A stretch of DNA of 64,000 bases from NCBI GenBank assembly GCA_964019335.1, contig OZ025675.1, positions 186,001 through 250,000 on the forward strand, written 5' to 3'. The translations under genes were made by a program, and so were the position numbers. Source of the DNA: Diplonema japonicum. Taxonomy: Eukaryota > Protista > Euglenozoa: Diplonemea. This document shows, one piece after another, positions 11,969-21,833 of this stretch (position 1 is the first letter of the stretch; each line of letters opens with the position of its first letter). The notes under the pieces are model-generated. The model ran no database searches and was not told the origin of the DNA. It saw only the letters and a program-made list of their open reading frames with translations.

Positions 11969-12955
11969 CGGACGTCAACTTCCTGCCTGCGTACCATCTT
12001 AGGCTTTTCAGCCACCTGAGAAAAAAAAAAAAAAAACAGCCACAGAAGCAAATTTTAACACCAAAAAAAAAAAAAAAAAGAAGAAGAAGAAAAAGGGAGA
12101 ATACAACGTTTAAACATGCTCCGCATCATATAGCCAATAGTCGTGACTAGTTTACCTCAGGGGCAGCCCTTATGGTAAGACAAATCGAGTACGTGCACGC
12201 GCCTCTATCCACATATAAGCCCATGGGACAATTTCAGCGTCAACTGCAGGGCCCGGAGGCTACACAGAAAAATCGAAAATGAGGAAGCACCAAGAAAGGT
12301 GTAAATCGACTCAGGAATAAAAGAATGTGTCTGTTGTTGGCATTTCTATATCTCAACTTGGACACATACAGGTTGTATGACTTCTTGTATCCTGGGTGTG
12401 GGGGAGGGAGGGTCAAAAAAAAAAATGCATATGCAAAAAAAAAAAAAAAGAAAAAAAAAAAGGAACTGAACCGCAACCGGAAATTAAAAAAAAAAAAGAA
12501 AACCTGAAAATAATACAAGAATCCTTGCCATTTCTCTTTTTTTCGGAACAAAAAAAAAAAGGGGGGGAAAAAGTTGAGCTTCTCGCTCTCAAAGGGGATG
12601 ACAGACATTTCTTTTATTTTTCGTTGTTTGTGAACAGCCGGGTGGGTTAACCTGTAGAAGAATAAGCTTACATATCAATTTGTTGTTCTTGCTCGCTTCT
12701 TGTTTGTTCGCTTGTTCACGAATGATAAACTTCATGTCGCTCGAGGGAACTTAAGAAGATCGAATCCACGGGCGAACAAGTGCTTCTGCGAATATATTTT
12801 GACAAGGTTACAGGAAAAATCGGTCTTTGTCAGGAAAAATAAATAAAGACTCACTGTGCGGCCCACGCGGTGGCGTGCCTACCTTGATGCTCCCCTGGGG
12901 GTCGTTCCCTGAAGAAACGTTGCGGGGGGTTTTTTGCATTTTTTTTTTTTTTTTT

Positions 12956-15418
12956 TCACCATGTGGCTGCCTGTGTGAAGTTCATCACAGCCCGCTTTTC
13001 CCTGATATTCTTCAGAGACCAAGACTGCAAACGGGTGGGATTTTGAATTTCACGGATATCAGGAATCTTCGGGTTGATCAGAACCGACATGAAGGCAACA
13101 ACAAGGGGGTCTTCTATCACAGCATCTTGCAGCTGGTACATCCACTCCTCCTCTTTCGCTTCAATCGGCTGACCAACCTCACTAATCAATATAGGTTCTT
13201 TATTACCCTGAAGATTGAGCAGCGTAACGGCAGATATGTGATATCTCCCAGAAACGCTTTCCGCCACCACCGGCCCGACCAAGATGGTGGGCGTTGGAAA
13301 GCTGTACACGACGACATCTGCAATTGCTGCGATGCCACGTAGTTCGAGCAAGGCCGGGCCTTTCATACCAAAACCTTTTTGTGTTGCGGACCCAAGGTTG
13401 CCTGCTTGGAAGGTACCTTGAGCTACCGACATGATGGGTGTAGCGATGCCCAGTACCCTGTCAGACACTGCGATGAGCTTGCAACACTTAACAGACAGCA
13501 TATCTGACTCAGTGCAGCGAAGGCCCACGTTCCACGTCAGCGTGAAACAGTACGGGTCGTCTACAGCAAAGCTGTGGGTGAGGCCTTTAGTCGACTGTAC
13601 CGCCTCCTGTACAACCTCTACAAGCGCTGCATAGTCATTCGGAAATGTGTGGTACAAATGAGGCGGAAACACCAGCCTCACTGCAGTCCCTTTGTAGTTC
13701 TGCATCTGCATGGACAGGTTCTGACCTGTACCCATTCCTGGTCTTGACATCCTAGCTGCCCTCTCCGACACCGACGCCCTTGATGACTCTCTTGTGTCTT
13801 TTGTGTCTCGGCTTGACAAACAACTTTCGCTCAGTTCGTCAGATTCCTCCACAAATAAAGTGTCCGGGAGGTACGCCTTGTACTCCCTCAGACCCTTGAT
13901 CGCCATGAGTAACCCATCAGTGACACGGGCCACCTCCTGCACCATGATAGGTTTGTACATCGCATACATATGTGCCTCAGCCCCGTCAAGATCCATCGTC
14001 TCCAGATATTGATTCCCAACAACAAGCTTTTCAAGTGGACGGGCGATCAGGGCCACCTCCAACACAGCAATGATAAGGTCGACACCGAAGATCACAACAG
14101 AGGCGATGATGAGCTGCACCAGTGCCGCGTACACCTTGTCGTTCACAGAGGACACGGAACGCATCCAGAGAAGCTCGAAAGTGGTGTCAGAGGCGGTGTA
14201 GACATGGGTGAGACGCAGGAAGTACTCCCCGCCGTCCAGTGACACATCAACGAAGTAGTCCTTCTTGTACAATGGGGTGGTCTTGTTCACATCAGAAGCA
14301 GCGAAGTACTCCCCGTACCGGATGTGGGTACGCATGCTTGTGGAAGAAAGATCTGCGGTGAAGAAGGTCCCTCGGGGTCGGACCTTGGAGGAATTCACAG
14401 CACCGGAAACAGTGGGGCCGAGGTCATTGGGGTGCATCATGCAGTCTTGGCCCGCGAAATCCGCACAGCTGAAGCAAATTGTGTAGCATTCAAACCTGAT
14501 GGCAGGTCCGTTGTAAATAGTGTGTGCAAAGACTTGACCCAGGTGGGAATCCAGTGCCACCAGTTCGGTGTTTGCTGTTTCGAACTCACGGACAACAGCT
14601 GTCCAGGGGCGGAAAGTGAAGAAGCCCATCATGACTAAATTGTACCTCCCATCGGCCCACGGGAGGCTGTAGCGGACGCGGTAGGCATTGTAGGCATAAG
14701 GGGACCCGTCCACAGCATTCCAGAAGTAGGTCGGGGACCAGGTCCCGTTGTAGGGAGTCTCGACCTGCATCCATGTCATGAGCCCCTTCACGTCCTCAAT
14801 GCTGTGCGAGTGGATCACATCGGGTGCATAGACACCTGTGTCGTTGTTCATTGCGGTGTAGAACTTCTTGTGTTCCTTTGTGATGGGATCGAAGCTTGGC
14901 ACGCCTTCTATCACGGTGTCTCCTACTACGTATTCTGACAACCAGTACTTTGCCTCGTTGCCGTCGGAGTCAAGAATAGGGTCGTACCAAACAGACTGCC
15001 TGCTATATCCCTCCGGGTCCTCCCATGGAGGGACGCACCCTGTGCATGACGCGTTCGACCCATACTGTGTCTTTGCCATGAAGTACCCAGTCCCGTAGCC
15101 GTACTCTGTGGAACGGAGTGACGCGAACGCCTGTGATGTGTAGATGTCGTTCACGTGCTTCATCCCCAGCGACACGTTCATTATGTCGTCCCTGCTGAAG
15201 GACAGGATCCCCTCATGTGTTGTTGCCTTCACATCGTCCAGCATCCCTGCCAGCCGAAGCCTTGCACTCTTCGACGCCGCTGCACTGCTCTCTTCCACAG
15301 CAGAGCGAAGGACCGAGATACTCTCTTGGTACAGTAGATACCCTGCCAGGAGGGAGATGAAGGTGGACACAATCGTTGAGACGAAGATGATCAGCTTCGA
15401 TGGGACGTGGAGCGGCAT
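12956..15418 (-). CDS. Two-TM receptor pseudo-adenylate cyclase, copy 2 (820 aa)
   Basis: Full ORF, same architecture; ectodomain type B, tail type Q. Confidence 0.92.
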   Translation of the reverse strand: MPLHVPSKLIIFVSTIVSTFISLLAGYLLYQESISVLRSAVEESSAAASKSARLRLAGMLDDVKATTHEGILSFSRDDIMNVSLGMKHVNDIYTSQAFASLRSTEYGYGTGYFMAKTQYGSNASCTGCVPPWEDPEGYSRQSVWYDPILDSDGNEAKYWLSEYVVGDTVIEGVPSFDPITKEHKKFYTAMNNDTGVYAPDVIHSHSIEDVKGLMTWMQVETPYNGTWSPTYFWNAVDGSPYAYNAYRVRYSLPWADGRYNLVMMGFFTFRPWTAVVREFETANTELVALDSHLGQVFAHTIYNGPAIRFECYTICFSCADFAGQDCMMHPNDLGPTVSGAVNSSKVRPRGTFFTADLSSTSMRTHIRYGEYFAASDVNKTTPLYKKDYFVDVSLDGGEYFLRLTHVYTASDTTFELLWMRSVSSVNDKVYAALVQLIIASVVIFGVDLIIAVLEVALIARPLEKLVVGNQYLETMDLDGAEAHMYAMYKPIMVQEVARVTDGLLMAIKGLREYKAYLPDTLFVEESDELSESCLSSRDTKDTRESSRASVSERAARMSRPGMGTGQNLSMQMQNYKGTAVRLVFPPHLYHTFPNDYAALVEVVQEAVQSTKGLTHSFAVDDPYCFTLTWNVGLRCTESDMLSVKCCKLIAVSDRVLGIATPIMSVAQGTFQAGNLGSATQKGFGMKGPALLELRGIAAIADVVVYSFPTPTILVGPVVAESVSGRYHISAVTLLNLQGNKEPILISEVGQPIEAKEEEWMYQLQDAVIEDPLVVAFMSVLINPKIPDIREIQNPTRLQSWSLKNIREKRAVMNFTQAATW

Positions 15419-15554
15419 TTTGTTTCCTTTTATTTATTTCTTTTGTGTTCGTTCCAACAGCTGAGTAGTAGTTTTGACGAGCAGTGTAGTGTGGGGGGCA
15501 AGGGGTAAAAAAGGAACAAAGTTGGGAGACTCTATTCTTGGAAAAGATAGGATA

Positions 15555-16557
15555 TGAGCTTGTCCGGAAAAAAATGTCAACAAATGACCCTCTTTTGCAA
15601 TGGAAAACCCTCGGAAAACTTCTAAGTACAAAAGTAGTCCGACACCACTTTGTGTGCAGAATTGCAGTCTAAGTGTTCACCATATAGGTCACAATGTACA
15701 TTTCTAAAACGCGCGTGCAAAAACATGCTTTTTAGAATGGTTTTTTTAGTTTAGTTTTTGTCATCCGGAAATTGCAAATGACCCAGGCTCCATATTCCTT
15801 TTTTGTTTTCTTCAATGAAAAGCGAGAAGAAATGGACGCAGATGGGAAATCTGTGAAACTTAGGGGGTCATTTTGGGTGGTTTGGGCTCTTTATCACAAT
15901 TAAAATGGGGTGGGGAAAATACTGCCATTTTGGCCTATTTTAGGCTACAATGCCCATTTTAGGCTAAAATCCCTTAAGGGCCCTTTAAAAGCAAACTTCT
16001 CAATTTATAATTTGTCATGAGTAAGAAAAAAAATGACAAACCTCAGCAGATGGGTAGAGGATGCATGTATGGCCCCAAAGATACCGATGTTGAGCAGGCA
16101 AGTGTTAAGAATTGCCTTTTAGGCCAGTTCCTAAGGGGACGAAAAAGCAAAAAATAGGGTGTAAAAAACCGGTTTTTTGGGGGCTATGCAACGCCATATA
16201 TTTTTCGCTAAGTACTTTAAACAGTAACCCGACCCTGGGTTGTACCCAGGGGTCACAAAGGTGTGTGTTCACCACTTTTATGCACCCTAGGTGCTGCATT
16301 TCAAGCTTTTAAGCTGCATTTTAAATATTTTCCGTCGTTTTTCTGACCTCTGTTTTTCGCTTCCCAGGGGCAACCGGTTGCAAAGCCTGCCACCCTCATG
16401 GCAAAACAAGCATCGCAATTGAAAGAACGGCGTCATGTACACCATATATGTCATCTTCCTATGGTTGCATGCTGCCCTTTTTTTGCTCAACTAATCAAAA
16501 CAAGAAATTTTCGGAGGTGCCCAAAAAAGTGTTGACATTTTTTTTCGGACGAGCTCA
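15555..16557. mobile_element. Non-autonomous TIR element with TA TSD (Tc1/mariner-like)
   Basis: ~28-bp TIR TGAGCTYGTCCGRAAAAAAATGTCAACA; TA on both flanks; inverted partial copy at 24985-26296. Confidence 0.75.
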
Positions 16558-16723
16558 TATAAAGCAAAACGTAAACACAAAATATTCAAAATGCAATACC
16601 GTTTTGAACTAATATGAAACGGAGAATGGGCACTTCAAATAGATAAAATAAAAAAAAGGGGTAGGGAGAATAAAGGAGAGGTACTTGCAAGGCCATACTA
16701 TTTTATCATATACAAAAGAAACT

Positions 16724-17151
16724 CGATAAAATTTCAGTGTGCATGGGGGTGCTCACTGTTCAGGTAGAAATTCACACTAATCGGTCACCGTTCTGCGGTT
16801 GCTGTCTGGTGCCTGCGGTGGCTGTTTATCGCGATGAGATGGACGGCATCTGGGCGAGAAACATTGCTTGGAGTCGTGCTAGGTAGGGGGGGGTTTGGCT
16901 CGAGGAGAAGAGTGGTCTCCTATCGTAGCCGTGTGCCGTCGGGCCCCCAAGATGTCGAAGGGTATGCACCCTTGATTTGGCGTTGGCGGGGAAGGCTGAC
17001 CTTCCACAGCGTGCTGAGCATTTCTGGATGCGACCCAAGATGTATCGCATCCTTGCGGCCTTCTCCGTGAGCAGGTCTTGATCGTCGAGGGGACCTATGA
17101 GTGACCGGCGGGTGGTCTGCTCATAGTCTATGGCGAGTTCCATTGTCGTGA
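16724..17151 (-). repeat. Repeat R5 copy 2
   Basis: Homologous to 11541-11968. Confidence 0.7.
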
Positions 17152-17531
17152 AAAAAGAAAAACAACGCTCCACATCTCAAAGCCGGCACAGGGTGGGGTA
17201 GGGTGGACATCTTCCTCTTTTTTGCCGAAGTTTTATGCAGTCCATGGTCCCGCCTGGAGGGTCCTAAAAAGAACTATAAACATGCAAAAACGGGATAAAG
17301 GAGGCCAGTGTTGGTGGCGCCCTGCACAAGCACTGTCTAGCTTCTGCATTCCTCGTCGTGTCCTTAATGCGTGCGGTGTGCAGCTCAACTCTGATTCTGC
17401 GCCTGTGCAATCCACTACCTGTTCGTCACCCTGAGGGTTCTTCCACTAAACGTGCTACGTCGAAACAGCATGTAAATAAGAAAAAAAAAAGGGAGGAATA
17501 AAAAAAAAAAGAGAGAAAAAAGTGCTTTCGC

Positions 17532-20000
17532 TCACCATGTGGCTGCCTGTGTGAAATTCATCACAGCTCGGTTTTCCCTGATGTTATTCAGAGACCAAGA
17601 CTGCAGGTTGGTTGGGTTCTGAATCTCAGGGACATTGGGCAAGGCACCAGGGTGAAGCGAAGACGCGAAGGCAACAACAAGGGGGTCTTCTGTCACCGCA
17701 TCTTGCAGCTGGTACATCCACTCCTCCTCTTTTGTTTCAACAGCATGACCAACCTCACTAATCAATATTGGGTTCTTAGTACCCTCAAGTTTGAGCAGCG
17801 TCACAGCAGTCACCATAAACCTCCCGGAGATACTTTCGGTTATCAAAGGCCCGACCAGGATAGTGGGTGCTGGAAGGGTAGAAACGATGGCATCTGCTAT
17901 TGCGGAGACTGCTCGGAGTTCGAGCAAGGCCGGGCCTTTCATACCAAAACCTTTTTGTGTTGCGGACCCAAGGTTGCCTGCTTGGAAGGTGCCTTGAGCT
18001 ACCGACATGATAGGTGTAGCGATGCCCAGTACCCTGTCAGACACTGCGATAAGCTTGCAGAATTTTATTGAACGCAAGACCGACTCAGCGCAGCGAAGGC
18101 CCACGTTCCATGTCAGCGTGAAGGCGAGGGGGTCGTACACAGCAAAGCCATGAGCAAGGCCTTTAGTCGACTGTACCGCCTCCTGTACAACCTCTACAAG
18201 CGCTGCATAGTCATTCGGAAATGTGTGGTACAAATGAGGCGGAAACACCAGCCTCACTGCAGTCCCTTTGTAGTTCTGCATCTGCATGGACAGGTTCTGA
18301 CCTGCAACCCCGCCCTTCGACAGCTTCGTTCGCTCAGACATCATCGTCACCTTAGACGACCTTGACTTCACTTTTGAATTCTTTGTGCCGAGGCTTGAAG
18401 CACAGCTTTCGCTCAGTTCGTCAGATTCCTCCACAAATAAAGTGTTCGGGAGGTACGCCTTGTACTCCCTCAGACCCTTGATCGCCATGAGTAACCCATC
18501 AGTGACACGGGCCACCTCCTGCACCATCACAGGTTTGTACATCGCATTCATGTGTGCCTCAGCCCCGTCAAGATCCATCGTCTCCAGATATTGGTTCCCA
18601 ACAACAAGCTTTTCAAGAGGACGGGCGATCAGGGTCACCTCCAACACAGCAATGATAATGTCGACCACGAAGATCACAACAGAGGCGATGATGAGCTGCA
18701 CCAGTGCCGCGTACACCTTGTCGTTCACAGAGGACACGGAACGCATCCAGAGAAGCTCGAAAGTGGTACCAGCAGCGGTGTAGACATGGGTGAGACGCAG
18801 GAAGTACTCCCCGCCGTCCAGCGATGTGTCAACGAAGTAGTCCTTCTTGTACAATGGGGTGGTCTTGTTCACATCAGAAGCAGCGAAGTACTCTCCGTAT
18901 CGGATGTGGATGCGCATGCTTGTGGAAGAAAGATCTGCGGTGAAGAAGGTCCCTCGGGGTCGGACCTTGGAGGAATTCACAGCACCGGAAACAGTGGGGC
19001 CGAGGTCATTGGGGTGCATCATGCAGTCTTGGCCTGCGAAATCCGCACAGCTGAAGCAAATCGTGTAGCATTCAAACCTGATGGCAGGTCCGTTGTAAAT
19101 AGTGTGTGCAAAGACTTGACCCAGGTAGGGGTCCAGTGCCACCAGTTCGGTGTTTGCTGTTTCGAACTCACGGACAACAGCTGTCCAGGGGCGGAACATG
19201 AAGAAGCCCATCATGACCAAATTGTACCTCCCATCGGCCCACGGGAGGCTGTAGCGGACGCGGTAGGCATTGTAGGCATAAGGGGACCCGTCCACAGCAT
19301 TCCAGAAGTAGGTCGGGGACCAGGTCCCGTTGTAGGGAGTCTCGACCTGCATCCATGTCATGAGCCCCTTCACGTCCTCAATGCTGTGCGAGTGGATCAC
19401 ATCGGGTGCATAGACACCTGTGTCGTTGTTCATTGCGGTGTAGAACTTCTTGTGTTCCTTTGTGATGGGATCGAAGCTTGGCACGCCTTCTATCACGGTG
19501 TCTCCTACTACGTATTCTGACAACCAGTACTTTGCCTCGTTGCCGTCGGAGTCAAGAATGGGGTCGTACCAAACAGACTGCCTGCCATATCCCTCCGGGT
19601 CTTCCCATGGAGGGACGCACCCTGTGCATGACGCGTTCGACCCATACTGTGTCTTTGCCATGAAGTACCCAGTCCCGTAGCCGTACTCTGTGGAACGGAG
19701 TGACGCGAACGCCTGTGATGTGTAGATGTCGTTCACGTGCTTCATCCCCAGCGACACGTTCATTATGTCGTCCCTGCTGAAGGACAGGATCCCCTCATGT
19801 GTTGTTGCCTTCACATCGTCCAGCATCCCTGCCAGCCGAAGCCTTGCACTCTTCGACGCCGCTGCACTGCTTTCTTCCACAGCAGAGCGAAGGACCGAGA
19901 TACTCTCCGCGTACAGTAGATACCCTGCCAGGAGGGAGATGCAGGAGGACACAATCGTTGAGACGAAGATGATCAGCTTCGATGGGACGTGGAGCGGCAT
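17532..20000 (-). CDS. Two-TM receptor pseudo-adenylate cyclase, copy 3 (822 aa)
   Basis: Full ORF; ectodomain B, tail Q. Confidence 0.92.
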   Translation of the reverse strand: MPLHVPSKLIIFVSTIVSSCISLLAGYLLYAESISVLRSAVEESSAAASKSARLRLAGMLDDVKATTHEGILSFSRDDIMNVSLGMKHVNDIYTSQAFASLRSTEYGYGTGYFMAKTQYGSNASCTGCVPPWEDPEGYGRQSVWYDPILDSDGNEAKYWLSEYVVGDTVIEGVPSFDPITKEHKKFYTAMNNDTGVYAPDVIHSHSIEDVKGLMTWMQVETPYNGTWSPTYFWNAVDGSPYAYNAYRVRYSLPWADGRYNLVMMGFFMFRPWTAVVREFETANTELVALDPYLGQVFAHTIYNGPAIRFECYTICFSCADFAGQDCMMHPNDLGPTVSGAVNSSKVRPRGTFFTADLSSTSMRIHIRYGEYFAASDVNKTTPLYKKDYFVDTSLDGGEYFLRLTHVYTAAGTTFELLWMRSVSSVNDKVYAALVQLIIASVVIFVVDIIIAVLEVTLIARPLEKLVVGNQYLETMDLDGAEAHMNAMYKPVMVQEVARVTDGLLMAIKGLREYKAYLPNTLFVEESDELSESCASSLGTKNSKVKSRSSKVTMMSERTKLSKGGVAGQNLSMQMQNYKGTAVRLVFPPHLYHTFPNDYAALVEVVQEAVQSTKGLAHGFAVYDPLAFTLTWNVGLRCAESVLRSIKFCKLIAVSDRVLGIATPIMSVAQGTFQAGNLGSATQKGFGMKGPALLELRAVSAIADAIVSTLPAPTILVGPLITESISGRFMVTAVTLLKLEGTKNPILISEVGHAVETKEEEWMYQLQDAVTEDPLVVAFASSLHPGALPNVPEIQNPTNLQSWSLNNIRENRAVMNFTQAATW

Positions 20001-20219
20001 TTTCCTTTTCCCCTTTTATTTCTTCTTCTTTTTCTTCAAAATGCTGAGATGATAGCTAACATGAGGTGCAACCAAGGAGGGGGAAGGGGAATGGATGAAT
20101 TCCAATTCTTGGAAAAGAAAGAGGAACCATTAACTTTTTTTTTCCACGTTTTTTATCATCTCCGTTTTACGGCAGATGAGAATGGCCGACTGGCGATGGC
20201 GGTATCACCATGTACAAAA

Positions 20220-20316
20220 GCTTCTTTGATGGGGTAGAAGCTGCCTACTTCATATTCTGACAACCAGTCTTAGCCGTCGGAGTCCCGCGCTCGACCCATA
20301 CTCCGTCTCTGCCATT
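20220..20316 (-). pseudogene. Deletion-shredded remnant of type B ectodomain
   Basis: Blocks TATTCTGACAACCAGT, GCCGTCGGAGTC, TCGACCCATACT, TGCCAT collinear with 19460-19661. Confidence 0.65.
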
Positions 20317-20759
20317 CTGTAGTAAAGCTATAGTTTTCAATGAATCGATAAGAAAGAAGCGTTGGCAAGAAACTGAACGGAAAAAAAACGTGAGCACCTC
20401 GCCTTGTTCGCCTAATGGCGAGTGCAGCAAATAGTGAAGAACAAGTGGGAGAAAGATGTCCTCATTCTTGGAAAAGGATATGACACCGCTCAAAACTAAA
20501 TGGAAAACAAAGAAGAAAACTCGATCTTTTTATGTGACACAAGTCAAACGGAGTTCAATACGACCACCACAGGAGGCCATAAAGTACATGGGGCGGGGTA
20601 GTCAAGAAAAAAAAGAGTCAGCTTGCTTTTTAGCATGTTACGGTATAAATCCTAAGATACGGCATGCTACCACCACTCTTTTTGCTCTTACAAAAAACGG
20701 ACTAGACTGAAGGAAAAAAGGCGATGTTAAGGGTAAATTTCACTTGAGGACCACCCTTG

Positions 20760-21363
20760 GGCCACGTTGTCGGCGTACGGCCGTACGTACGCGTATTTCG
20801 AACGTACGCTGTACGCACTTTTTTTAGATTTGCTGCGTACGCGTGCGCATTTCTTGCGTACGGCATTCATTTTGGAAAGTCTTTAAGAAAATTCTAAGGC
20901 AATGTTCACTGGGCATGTGGGTGCGCAAGGGCTTCTTGAGGCTTTTGGGCCAGGCCTGCAGTGTAGGGAGCTCGGGGTAAGGGGCACCGTTCAAGCCCAA
21001 AGATCGGCATAGGGATTTGACAAATCTGATTCTCTTGTCAGAGATATAATTCAGGTCAAACTCTACTTCAGCAAACGTAGTTTCACCTGCACGCAGTTTG
21101 TGAGAGACTACTGGCGTGCGGCAGAACTGGCGCAGGAAGACTTGCAGGGCGCCCCATCCTGATGACGAGGAGAACAACGTCTGATAGAGAATCGGGTGTA
21201 AAAGTGCATGAAGCCTGCCGCCCACCCCCTCTTCCATTTGCCCCTCTTGTAAGCCCTTTGACCCGTAGCCTGTACCTGTAGGTGTAAGGAGCCGTACGCA
21301 CAGCCGTACGCCGTACGCACTTTTTCAGATTTTGCTGCGTACGCGTACGCCGACAACGTAGCC
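20760..21363. mobile_element. GGC-ended MITE, CGTACG family, copy B (complete)
   Basis: 20-bp TIR GGCYACGTTGTCGGCGTACG; CTTG on both sides (20756-20759, 21364-21367). Confidence 0.88.
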
Positions 21364-21833
21364 CTTGGGGGGGGGGGGGGGGTCTATTTTCTGATGCTCC
21401 CTTTCTGGAACCTCGCTTTGTTGTTGTTTGTTGCGGACATCAGTTGACGCGGTCTCTCTTCAGACTGGTCTTCAGCTCGTTCAGCCTGTCCTGGCCGTGA
21501 GGCGAAGATCGGTCTCTTTGCAAATGTGATGCCTATCGCAACCTTCCCTCCAATTGCCATAAAGATGTCACTCTATTTAGGGAAAGGCTTCCACAAATAG
21601 TCAGAAGAGGCGCAGAAGTACTGCGGGCCAGAACCATGCTAACCTTCACCCTTTTCCGTAGAACTTCCAAGACGATCTAGAAAGGTTCATCCCATCTACG
21701 AGGAGTCAAAACAAATGGAGGCTCGCCAGTAGCAAGTAGAGCAGGCTATTGTCACCATAGTACTGTCGATGTACTGTCAGTAGCTTGGACAGCCAGGCGA
21801 CGGCAGATTTTGGACCAAGTGATCCTGATGATT

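Noticed and set aside
18552-19520. Long plus-strand ORFs inside the receptor genes, and 47252-48130
   Set aside because: Antisense shadows of real CDSs; they recur only because the genes are duplicated
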